Shown piece by piece: positions 18,475-25,816 of a stretch of 64,000 nucleotides of DNA (the first letter of the stretch is position 1; the number at the start of each line of letters is the position of its first letter). The notes under the pieces were generated by a model that searched no databases, was not told the origin of the DNA, and saw only the letters and a list, made by a program, of their open reading frames with translations. The translations under genes were made by a program, and so were the position numbers. Origin of the DNA: a virus (lineage: Duplodnaviria; Caudoviricetes). The stretch spans positions 32,001-96,000 of IMG/VR virus record IMGVR_UViG_3300024331_000152; one strand, given 5' to 3'.

Positions 18475-18999
18475 ATGGGAAAGTGGCTGCATCGTGTTTC
18501 GAATATCGATTTTGATTCTCTCACTGGTGATTGCTCTACTTGTGGGCGCGTGAGATTGAAAGTAAAGAAAGGCGGCAGGAGATTTGCATGCGCTGTATCT
18601 GAGCAACGCTGGTGCGATGGACAAAGCGTATCAAAGAGAAGGGCTGCTCGCCGTAGACAAACTAGAAAGTTGCTCGCAAAGCTTCTATCTAGTGGATGTC
18701 GGATATGTCGAGTAGCCAAGAAAGGAATTCATTGTCATCATCTCGATAGTTCCACAAAGAGTTTCAATATTTCGCAAGGGTATACAGACTGTTCCAGAGA
18801 GCTGTTAATTGCCGAGCTGAAAAAATGTATTGCCGTGTGTCAGCAATGCCATACAAAGATTCACTTCAGGCAGTTTGTAGTATCTGAGGATTTGATTTCT
18901 GAGTGGAATAGAGATGTAGATGTTTTATTCACGCGTAGCTCAATGGTAGAGCCCTGCACTGTTAATGCAGTCATTGGGGGTTCGATTCCCTCCGCGTGA
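18475..18999 (+). CDS. HNH endonuclease
   Basis: GCRIC..IHCHHLD..K.FNISQ..AELKKCIAVCQQCH; 3' end runs into tRNA-Asn. Confidence 0.75.
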   Translation: MGKWLHRVSNIDFDSLTGDCSTCGRVRLKVKKGGRRFACAVSEQRWCDGQSVSKRRAARRRQTRKLLAKLLSSGCRICRVAKKGIHCHHLDSSTKSFNISQGYTDCSRELLIAELKKCIAVCQQCHTKIHFRQFVVSEDLISEWNRDVDVLFTRSSMVEPCTVNAVIGGSIPSA

Positions 19000-19003
19000 G
19001 CCA
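18929..19003 (+). tRNA. tRNA-Asn(GTT)
   Basis: CTGCA-CTGTTAA-TGCAG, CCA. Confidence 0.85.
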
Positions 19004-19010
19004 AATTAGT

Positions 19011-19084
19011 TGCGTCTTCGTTCAGTGGCAGGACGGTTGACTCTGAATCAACACACGGGAGTTCGATTCTCTCAGACGCAGCCA
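19011..19084 (+). tRNA. tRNA-Gln(CTG)
   Basis: GTTGA-CTCTGAA-TCAAC, CCA. Confidence 0.85.
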
Positions 19085-19092
19085 AATTTTGT

Positions 19093-19168
19093 TGGGAGAT
19101 GGCCGAGCGGCGTAGGCACGAGCCTTTGGATCTCGTACAGGCTGGTTCAACTCCAGCTCTCCCAGCCA
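19093..19168 (+). tRNA. tRNA-Gln(TTG)
   Basis: CTTTGGA loop, U1-A72, CCA. Confidence 0.85.
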
Positions 19169-19169
19169 T

Positions 19170-19245
19170 GCGGATGTAGTTCAATTGGCAGAACGTTGGA
19201 GTGCCACTCCAAAGGTTGCCGGATCGTTGCCGGTCATCCGCTCCA
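19170..19245 (+). tRNA. tRNA-Gly(GCC)
   Basis: TTGGA-GTGCCAC-TCCAA, U73 CCA. Confidence 0.8.
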
Positions 19246-19282
19246 GTTTGAGGTGAGAGGAATGCATTGAATTGATGATGAC

Positions 19283-19358
19283 GCTGCCGTAGCTCAAGTG
19301 GTAGAGCACCTGTCTCGTAAACAGGAGGTTGGGACTTCGAGTGTCCCCGGTAGCTCCA
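19283..19358 (+). tRNA. tRNA-Thr(CGT)
   Basis: CCTGT-CTCGTAA-ACAGG, CCA. Confidence 0.85.
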
Positions 19359-19378
19359 GTTTTCCCTGAGGTGATCTT

Positions 19379-19915
19379 ATGATCCGTAGAACAGTTTTGA
19401 TGCTGAACGCGAGCTACGAACCGCTGCGGATCATCAGCGCAAAGAAGTCCCTGACACTCTTAACCAAGGGTGTTGCCGTGGTGGAGGTACCAACCAAGAT
19501 CCAAGTCCACGCGGGGATCTACTTGCCGAGTGTTATTCGGTTGCGTCATTTCCGCAACGTGCCGCACAAGAGGCCAGTGCCGTCGAGAAAGAACATCTTC
19601 ACCAGAGACGGTTTTCGCTGCTTGTATTGCGGTGCCAAGGCTCCGAAAGTAGTGCTCGAACTTGAGCACATCGTTCCGAGATCGAGAGGCGGAGCAAACG
19701 CTTGGGACAACCTTTGTGCATCTTGTCACGATTGCAACCAGAAGAAGCGTGACAGGACTCCGGAGGAAGCAGGCATGAAGTTGATTCACAGACCTCTGCC
19801 CGCGACCGTACACACCGGCAGGTTCGTCTTGAAGACGATGGGTAACGAAATTGCAGAGTGGGGTCCGTTTCTATGGAAGGACTCTAAGGGCGAACAGAAG
19901 TTGCAGTTCGCATAA
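19379..19915 (+). CDS. HNH endonuclease
   Basis: [56 protein letters not shown]. Confidence 0.9.
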   Translation: MIRRTVLMLNASYEPLRIISAKKSLTLLTKGVAVVEVPTKIQVHAGIYLPSVIRLRHFRNVPHKRPVPSRKNIFTRDGFRCLYCGAKAPKVVLELEHIVPRSRGGANAWDNLCASCHDCNQKKRDRTPEEAGMKLIHRPLPATVHTGRFVLKTMGNEIAEWGPFLWKDSKGEQKLQFA

Positions 19916-19975
19916 CAAGAAATAGCGCCGGGTTATGGATTGACAATTAAGCTCCGTGTGAAATAAAACGGTCTA

Positions 19976-20368
19976 ATGCCATACAGTGACCCGGCGAAAC
20001 AAAAAGAAGCTCTTCGGCGATGGTATCGCAGAGTTGTTCGTAAAAGACGCACAGATTGGTTTAAAGGAAAGCAATGTGCGACTTGTGGAAGTACGCGAAG
20101 ACTTGAATTGGATCATGTTGATCCAGCGCTGAAGGTGGATCATAAAATTTGGTCATGGAGCGAGAAAAGACGCACTGAAGAGCTTAATAAATGTGTTCCA
20201 CGGTGTAGAACTTGTCACATCGAGAGATCGGCAGAGCAACAACGAAAGCCATTGGTTCACGGAACGCGCGATGGATATATGTGGCATCGTTGTCGCTGTA
20301 GGGAATGCGTTAAAGCTGCGTCGCTCTACCGTAATGAGCAGCGACGTTTGAAGGGACGAAAGAATTAA
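19976..20368 (+). CDS. HNH endonuclease
   Basis: CATCGS..LELDHVDP..EELNKCVPRCRTCH, HGT..Y..CRCREC. Confidence 0.8.
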   Translation: MPYSDPAKQKEALRRWYRRVVRKRRTDWFKGKQCATCGSTRRLELDHVDPALKVDHKIWSWSEKRRTEELNKCVPRCRTCHIERSAEQQRKPLVHGTRDGYMWHRCRCRECVKAASLYRNEQRRLKGRKN

Positions 20369-20369
20369 A

Positions 20370-20444
20370 GCACTCGAAGCATAGTCGGAGATGCCCTCGG
20401 CTTGTATCCGAGAGAACAGAGTTCGAATCTCTGCGAGTGCTCCA
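20370..20444 (+). tRNA. tRNA-Thr(TGT)
   Basis: CTCGG-CTTGTAT-CCGAG, CCA. Confidence 0.85.
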
Positions 20445-20510
20445 AAGATGTCGGATGTGGCCCCGAGTTCGAGGAGGAATAGGCGAGAGCTTATCGGGGC
20501 TCAGGTTTAT

Positions 20511-20586
20511 GGAGCTATTGGCCGAGCGGTTTAGGCGCGGGACTGTGACCCCCGACACGAGTGTTCAACTCACTCATAGCTCCCCA
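20511..20586 (+). tRNA. tRNA-His(GTG)
   Basis: CTGTGAC loop, G-1:C73. Confidence 0.85.
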
Positions 20587-20590
20587 ATTT

Positions 20591-20665
20591 GGGGCTGTAG
20601 TGCTAATGGGAACACACTGGTTTTGCACTCCAGAGTTGAGAGTTCGATTCTCTCCAGCTCCACCA
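20591..20665 (+). tRNA. tRNA-Ala(TGC)
   Basis: G3-U70, TTTGCAC loop, CCA. Confidence 0.85.
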
Positions 20666-20699
20666 AATTTACGCAGGCGCTGAGCCCTCTCTGTTCTAT

Positions 20700-20862
20700 A
20701 CGTGACACGCTCAGGGAAGAAGATCAAAGGTGTCGCGTATATGCTCGCTTTTGGTTACAACCTTGAAAGAATTAAGGCAGAAATCGCAAAATGCGTCGTA
20801 CGCTGCGCGAACTGTCACCGCCGCCGAACGGCGAAGGTTTTAGGAAATTGGAAGTTGCACCA
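20700..20862 (+). pseudogene. Remnant of an HNH endonuclease
   Basis: Frame reading LERIKAEIAKCVVRCANCHRRRTAK with no N-terminal half. Confidence 0.6.
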
Positions 20863-20863
20863 T

Positions 20864-20940
20864 CAGGGCGTAGCCTAGCGGCTTCAGGCACTCGCTTCGG
20901 GAGCGAGATGACGTGAGTTCGAATCTCACCGCCCCGACCA
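20864..20940 (+). tRNA. tRNA-Pro(CGG)
   Basis: CTCGC-TTCGGGA-GCGAG, CCA. Confidence 0.85.
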
Positions 20941-20986
20941 TTTTAACGAGCCGGTTTTCATTAAAGAAATCGGCTGAAAATTTTAA

Positions 20987-21064
20987 CCGGGTTTAGCCTA
21001 GTCTGGCTCAGGCACCTGCTTTGGGAGCAGGACGACGGGGGTTCAAATCCCTCAGCCCGGACCA
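20987..21064 (+). tRNA. tRNA-Pro(TGG)
   Basis: CCTGC-TTTGGGA-GCAGG, CCA. Confidence 0.85.
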
Positions 21065-21065
21065 T

Positions 21066-21154
21066 GCACCCGTAGCCTAGCGGATTCAGGTAACGGTCTA
21101 CGAAACCGTCGAGGGAAACCTCTTACGCAGGTTCGATTCCTGCCGGGTGCTCCA
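21066..21154 (+). tRNA. tRNA-Arg(ACG) with long variable arm
   Basis: ACGGT-CTACGAA-ACCGT, GAGG-GAAA-CCTC extra arm. Confidence 0.8.
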
Positions 21155-21169
21155 TAATTGTAAGTGTTC

Positions 21170-21224
21170 GGCGCGGTGAGGCTGGGCGTGGCACGGTGAG
21201 GTTTGGTTCGGTATGGTTTGGCAT
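21170..21224 (+). repeat. GGY-NN pentamer mini-array (11 perfect units), putative guide RNA
   Basis: GGCGC GGTGA GGCTG GGCGT GGCAC GGTGA GGTTT GGTTC GGTAT GGTTT GGCAT. Confidence 0.85.
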
Positions 21225-21250
21225 TCTTGCCATGAGGAGGGTTATGCGAA

Positions 21251-21655
21251 TTGAAAAGGACATTTGGTCAGCGAGCTGCTGACTGGGTTACTGAAGCAAG
21301 TGGTAGCTGGCCGTTCATTCTGTGGTCAGTTGTTCTTGGCGTACTCTGGGTCTTGTCGAATGTGAGCAAGGTCCTTGTCTTCGATCCGTATCCTTTCCTG
21401 TTTTTGAACTGGGTGCTGACTGTGATCAGCACGTTGCAATCCCCGCTCATCATGCTGTCGCAGAATCGGCAGAATGAAACTGATCGCGAGCGCGTAGATA
21501 TGATCGTCCAGAAGCTGGACGATCATATCCGGGAAATTAAATTGCGCGCATGGCGAAGTTGTGGTAGGGTAGTCAAGTTGGGCTCAGGCCCGAGATTGAT
21601 CTTTGAAATCAAGTTTCCGTGGGTTGTAAACATGGATGGCCTTAAAAGATCCTGA
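21251..21655 (+). CDS. DUF1003-family membrane protein
   Basis: TFGQRAADWV..GSWPFI, FDPYPFLFLN..LQSPLIMLSQNRQ..DR. Confidence 0.85.
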   Translation: MKRTFGQRAADWVTEASGSWPFILWSVVLGVLWVLSNVSKVLVFDPYPFLFLNWVLTVISTLQSPLIMLSQNRQNETDRERVDMIVQKLDDHIREIKLRAWRSCGRVVKLGSGPRLIFEIKFPWVVNMDGLKRS

Positions 21656-21830
21656 CGTTAGGTTAGGCTCCGAAGCGTCCGGTCCACGGGATCAAGTTTC
21701 CGCTGACAGTGTTGCTTACATGGCAGGGTAACCTGCATTTCACTACGAATGAAAAACCGGGGCAACCCGGGTGTACCCGAAAGGGTTGCAGCACGACACC
21801 AGCGGAGAAAGTTTGGGTTGACTTGTTTGC
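21550..21830 (+). ncRNA. Candidate structured ncRNA
   Basis: Follows TAAATT-GCGCGC promoter motif; nested helices AGTCAA/TTGACT, TTCCGTGG/CCACGGGA, TCCGCTG/CAGCGGA, GNRA hairpins. Confidence 0.45.
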
Positions 21831-21831
21831 A

Positions 21832-21900
21832 TACATGGTAGCTCATTTGGTAGAGCATTCGCCTCTTAAGCGAAGGGTAGTCGGTTCAATTCCGAGTCGC
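21832..21900 (+). pseudogene. tRNA-Lys(CTT) pseudogene
   Basis: D, anticodon (TTCGC-CTCTTAA-GCGAA) and T arms present; acceptor stem and CCA missing. Confidence 0.6.
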
Positions 21901-22118
21901 AGAACGTCTCTGTACCTGAGTACGTTGATGACAATCTTCGCGCCATCAAGCGTGAGATCGAGAGCCGTCAGGCTGACCGTCGTGCGGCTCGTGTACGCGA
22001 GTTGAAGTCGCAGCGCGCCGGTCTTGCAACCGCTCAGGAGAAGCGGGAGGCCATCGAGAAGGAGCTTGCCTCACTCGGCGAGCCTGTCTAGCCATCGTCC
22101 AGAAACTGGAAAGGCCCG

Positions 22119-22340
22119 CTATGTGCGGGCCTTCTTTTTGTTTGCCTGCTCCAGCTTCTTGCGGGCACGTTCCTTGCTGATAGCGAGGTTCAGTGCGCTG
22201 GTGTACGAGAGGCAGTAGATAGCACGCGTGCCCTTGGCGCGCAGTTCCATCCAGTCAGCCTTGAACTCGACTACGATGGAGCGGGTCTTACCCCGCTCCC
22301 ATACGCAGTTCTCAGTCTCGACGACATCTTGAGGGGGCAC
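22119..22340 (-). CDS. Small basic hypothetical protein
   Basis: IVVEFK..MELRAKGTR..Y.LSY phage motif. Confidence 0.5.
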   Translation of the reverse strand: MPPQDVVETENCVWERGKTRSIVVEFKADWMELRAKGTRAIYCLSYTSALNLAISKERARKKLEQANKKKART

Positions 22341-22468
22341 ACGCGGTACTCAACCGAACCCATCACAAACGTACAGCAAGCGCTTGAGAGATACGGCATC
22401 AAGAACGTGCACGCGGGTCATCTGGAGAAGCTTGCCGAGGTATTTGGGATTGCGGCGAAAAAAGAAGC

Positions 22469-22628
22469 TTGCAATTTGCGCGCATCCTGAGTTAAGCTCT
22501 ATTTCGTTATGCAGAGAACTATAGCCATGTCGATCACCAAAGGGACCAAGAGGGTCATTTGGGGAGGCGTGTCTTAGGGGTCTGCACGAGTAGGTTTCAT
22601 CAGACCCCGACTCAGGTCGGGGTTTTTT
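22469..22628 (+). promoter_or_regulatory. Promoter, leader peptide and attenuator of tRNA operon 3
   Basis: TTGCAA-18-TAAGCT; uORF 22509-22577 MQRTIAMSITKGTKRVIWGGVS; terminator ACCCCGAC-TCAG-GTCGGGGT-T5; antiterminator GGGGTCTG(22577)/CAGACCCC(22601). Confidence 0.8.
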
Positions 22629-22646
22629 GTTGTTTGACAAGTTTAT

Positions 22647-22716
22647 AGGGGATGATCTGGGATCGACGAGGTCTCCAAAACCTCACAGCGGAGTTCAATT
22701 CTCCGATCCCCTGCCA
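22647..22716 (+). tRNA. tRNA-Trp(CCA)
   Basis: GAGGT-CTCCAAA-ACCTC, G73 CCA. Confidence 0.85.
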
Positions 22717-22719
22717 TTT

Positions 22720-22796
22720 GCCAGCGAAGCAGAAGTGGATATTGCGCGCGTCTCATAAGCGCGTTGTAGTGGGTTCGAGTCCCACCGTTGGCACCA
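22720..22796 (+). tRNA. tRNA-Met/Ile2(CAT)
   Basis: CGCGT-CTCATAA-GCGCG, CCA. Confidence 0.8.
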
Positions 22797-22864
22797 AGTT
22801 CACAGCGGTGTTCGCCTTACTCTGACGGCGCAATACCGTCCCGCTGTGAATCCAGTTTCTGGAC

Positions 22865-22944
22865 GCACGTGTAGCTGCTAGTCGGTATGTAGCAGTCCCC
22901 TTATAAGGGACCGGTTGTGGGTTCGACACCCGCCACGTGCACCA
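22865..22944 (+). tRNA. tRNA-Ile(TAT)
   Basis: GTCCC-CTTATAA-GGGAC, CCA. Confidence 0.8.
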
Positions 22945-22995
22945 AAATTAGCATCAAACCTGTTACGTCACCGGGAGACTGACAGGAGGAGAGCT

Positions 22996-23202
22996 ATGCT
23001 CATTACCCTGTTTTGGATCATTGCAGTTCTCGTTGTGGCTGGTCTTCTGTTGTACCTGATCAACACGATCCCGGGAATCGATCCAACGATCCACGCACTG
23101 ATCAGGGCTGTTGTGATCATCGTCTGCGTGGTCTTTGTGCTGTACTTTGTGTTCTCGTTGTTTAGCGGAGTGGCAATTCCAAGTCCGCACTTTACGAGGT
23201 AG
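22996..23202 (+). CDS. Small two-TM membrane protein
   Basis: AGGAGGAG RBS; two hydrophobic helices around NTIPGIDP. Confidence 0.65.
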   Translation: MLITLFWIIAVLVVAGLLLYLINTIPGIDPTIHALIRAVVIIVCVVFVLYFVFSLFSGVAIPSPHFTR

Positions 23203-23207
23203 TTTTT

Positions 23208-23282
23208 GGGCTGTAAGCTTTGTCGGCGAAGCAATCGACTCTTAATCGATAGAGCAGGGTTCGATTCCCTGACGGCCCACCA
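23208..23282 (+). tRNA. tRNA-Lys(CTT)
   Basis: ATCGA-CTCTTAA-TCGAT, CCA. Confidence 0.85.
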
Positions 23283-23340
23283 AATTTTGCGAAGGAGAAG
23301 TGAGATGCGAAAACAGAAAGATGACCCAGATAAACGAATT

Positions 23341-23416
23341 GGGGTCGTCGCATAGAGGCAACTGCAACGGACTTTTAATCCGAATGACGTGAGTTCGAAT
23401 CTCACCGGCCCCACCA
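23341..23416 (+). tRNA. tRNA-Lys(TTT)
   Basis: CGGA-CTTTTAA-TCCG, CCA. Confidence 0.85.
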
Positions 23417-23425
23417 TAGTTTTTT

Positions 23426-23502
23426 GCTGGCGTAACTCAGACGGACAGAGTGCCTGTCTTCTAAACAGGAAGCCGCTGGTTCGACTCCAGCCGTCAGCAC
23501 CA
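23426..23502 (+). tRNA. tRNA-Arg(TCT)
   Basis: CCTGT-CTTCTAA-ACAGG, CCA. Confidence 0.85.
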
Positions 23503-23503
23503 T

Positions 23504-23579
23504 GGCCCCTTAGCTCAGTCGGAAGAGCGGATCGGTCCTAACGATAAGGTCGGGAGTTCGAATCTCTCAGGGGTCACCA
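23504..23579 (+). tRNA. tRNA-Arg(CCT)
   Basis: ATCG-GTCCTAA-CGAT, CCA. Confidence 0.8.
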
Positions 23580-23585
23580 AGTTTT

Positions 23586-23662
23586 GCTGCCGTATCGGCC
23601 TCGCCTCCGAAGCGAGATCCCGTAGGTGGATAAGGCTGGTTCGAATCCAGTCGGCAGCTCCA
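23586..23662 (+). tRNA. D-armless tRNA-Arg(CCG)-like RNA
   Basis: Acceptor, CTCGC-CTCCGAA-GCGAG, long variable region, T-arm, CCA; D-arm replaced by 7 nt. Confidence 0.6.
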
Positions 23663-23667
23663 GTTTT

Positions 23668-23742
23668 GCGGATGTAGATCAACGGTAGATCGGGTGTCTT
23701 ACAAGCACTTCGTCGTGGGTTCAACTCCTACCATCCGCACCA
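23668..23742 (+). tRNA. tRNA-Val(TAC)
   Basis: GGTGT-CTTACAA-GCACT, CCA. Confidence 0.85.
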
Positions 23743-24220
23743 ACTTGTCGTGATCGAGTTCCCAATGGTGATTACGGCACAAGCCGACAAGATTATTAGG
23801 GCGATTAACGATTCCTAATGTCGTAGATTCGGCGAACTCACAAACGGGAGTGAGATGACAACAATCAACGTAGAGGTTGTAGCCGCAGATGGCGCATTTC
23901 TTCAAGAGTCCCGCTCTTAAAGCAACGCTCCTTGCATGAGATCGCACTACAGTATCGTAGGCGTTTCGAGATCCGGACTTTTTAAGATCTGCTAGGGTGA
24001 CAGATTCAAAATCTCGGCGACGGCAATCGCGACAACTTTTAACCCGATAGCGGTCTAGTATTTTGCCGCATTTTGGGCATGAATATATCTTTCGCGCATA
24101 CCCTTTCCAAGGGGTTCTAATTCTTTCTTTATTGTTGTAGATGGCCGCACATGACGAATTACAAAAACGTGGATTATTTGTTGGAACGTCGCAGTTGGCG
24201 CAGGTACGACGAAAGTTCAT
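23699..24220 (-). CDS. HNH endonuclease inserted antisense in the tRNA operon
   Basis: FCNSSCAA, CAICGY..VDCCHL...NNLVGLCRNHHWELD. Confidence 0.85.
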   Translation of the reverse strand: MNFRRTCANCDVPTNNPRFCNSSCAAIYNNKERIRTPWKGYARKIYSCPKCGKILDRYRVKSCRDCRRRDFESVTLADLKKSGSRNAYDTVVRSHARSVALRAGLLKKCAICGYNLYVDCCHLTPVCEFAESTTLGIVNRPNNLVGLCRNHHWELDHDKLVRMVGVEPTTKCL

Positions 24221-24347
24221 AGAAAGATGGTACCGGAGCTGTAGACAACGGCACCACCTTTTTAAAGAAGTAGCACAGGTTATCGTGCGAAAGAGTCATT
24301 CCTTATTCTGGACAAGACAAGGACTGGCTGTATGTTCAAAATTGAAC

Positions 24348-24424
24348 GCTGCCGTAGCTCAGTTGGCCAGAGCACACCCTTGGTAAGGGTGAGGTCGTCA
24401 GTTCGAAACTGACCGGTAGCTCCA
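24348..24424 (+). tRNA. tRNA-Thr(GGT)
   Basis: CACCC-TTGGTAA-GGGTG, CCA. Confidence 0.9.
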
Positions 24425-24430
24425 TATTGT

Positions 24431-24506
24431 TGGCGGATAGCTCAGGTGGTCAGAGCACGCGACCGATAATCGCGAGGCCGGAGTTCAACTCTCCGTCCGC
24501 CAACCA
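24431..24506 (+). tRNA. tRNA-Ile(GAT)
   Basis: CGCGA-CCGATAA-TCGCG, CCA. Confidence 0.85.
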
Positions 24507-24512
24507 AAGTTA

Positions 24513-24596
24513 GCGGGGGTCGCTCAGTGGTAGAGCCGCTGCCTTCCAAGCAGCCGACCTTGTGTCATGCGGGTTCGAATCCCGTCCCCCGCTCCA
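24513..24596 (+). tRNA. tRNA-Gly(TCC) with extended variable region
   Basis: GCTGC-CTTCCAA-GCAGC, U73 CCA. Confidence 0.8.
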
Positions 24597-25335
24597 AAGC
24601 TTTCAAGATCGCTTGGGCGTCACTATTATAGAAGCCACTCGAATTGAGACAGTTGAATTCGAGGACGTAAATATCCTCTCCAACTAAACAGAGATCCATC
24701 ACTACGGTCGGGTGCGGAAGCCAATCTTTCGCGCAGTCTGCGGCGGCTTCGAATACCCACTCGTACACAGTCTCCCGGATGCGACGGACTCCGTTGTGCC
24801 GGTATTGCGATCCAGCTACTACAACACCATCGACAACAAAGAAACGCCACTCCTGAGTAATCTCCCTTACTGGGCTAATCAGCATCTCGTCTTCGCCGTT
24901 CGGCTCTGTCTGTTCAATAAGCCACCAGTTGCGGTCTGCGGGTTCAAGAACCATTCCCGTATGGAGCTTATCTTTTACCGACTTCACGAAGACTGGTTCG
25001 GCTATCCACTCACTGCGCAGCTCAGCAGCCGTAATGGTCTTGATTTCCTTGTTTAGCATGCGCGGGTGCTTCCATGTGCGGGGATCGAACATACCGGGCC
25101 TGTAGAAGGCTCCCGGGCTCATCAGAGACGGCGCAAGGGAAGCCAACAGCGTAGAACCATAGACAAGCGTCGGCTGCAAGAGATCGAAGCCAGCAGGGAT
25201 TATCAGCTCATGCGAAAAGGGTACTACCTTCACTGTCTCGTAAGACATGCCGAGCGCTTGTAGCGCATCGGTCATCTGTTGAGTATTCGTATCGAGGATG
25301 CCGAATCCTTCTGAGTGCTCGACTAGCCATTGCAT
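24565..25335 (-). CDS. ATP-grasp (DUF4343/R2K-like) protein
   Basis: PVFVKS..K..TG, EWRFFVVDG.VV..SQY, VMDLC..VLEFNCLNSSGFY. Confidence 0.8.
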   Translation of the reverse strand: MQWLVEHSEGFGILDTNTQQMTDALQALGMSYETVKVVPFSHELIIPAGFDLLQPTLVYGSTLLASLAPSLMSPGAFYRPGMFDPRTWKHPRMLNKEIKTITAAELRSEWIAEPVFVKSVKDKLHTGMVLEPADRNWWLIEQTEPNGEDEMLISPVREITQEWRFFVVDGVVVAGSQYRHNGVRRIRETVYEWVFEAAADCAKDWLPHPTVVMDLCLVGEDIYVLEFNCLNSSGFYNSDAQAILKALERGTGFEPA

Positions 25336-25358
25336 ACAACTAATGGTAAACTGCGCGC

Positions 25359-25613
25359 ATGGCCCTCCGTATAAACAATGAAAGCAAAGAAGAGCGCGAC
25401 GCCGAGCGTGCGCTATGGCGCAAACAGCAAATCGAAGATCGTGAGTTCGAGAAGACGCAGACGATGGAATATCAGCGTCGGGAAGACCTCATATCCGAAC
25501 GAGATCTCTGGGCCGGGACAGTACAAGGGTTGATGGATAACGGACGGACTCTCGATCAGGCAATCGGACTTGCAGATAAGCTACTCGTAGAGTACAAGGT
25601 TCGATTTTCATGA
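25359..25613 (+). CDS. Hypothetical protein (leaderless)
   Basis: TGGTAAACT-GCGCGC-ATG. Confidence 0.6.
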   Translation: MALRINNESKEERDAERALWRKQQIEDREFEKTQTMEYQRREDLISERDLWAGTVQGLMDNGRTLDQAIGLADKLLVEYKVRFS

Positions 25614-25816
25614 TCTTCATCGCTTATTTGACTATTGGAATTCTCTACGCTATCGCCCGGTATGGCAAAATACGCCGTGTTGCGAAAGTGGTGGTTGCTG
25701 AGCGCTGCTGGCGTTTCCTGAGCCCCGCTATGATCGAGATGGTTGGAGCCTCAAGCGTGTGTCTTCTCTGGCCAATTTTTGTCTACATCGACATCACCTC
25801 GTGATAAACTGCGCGC

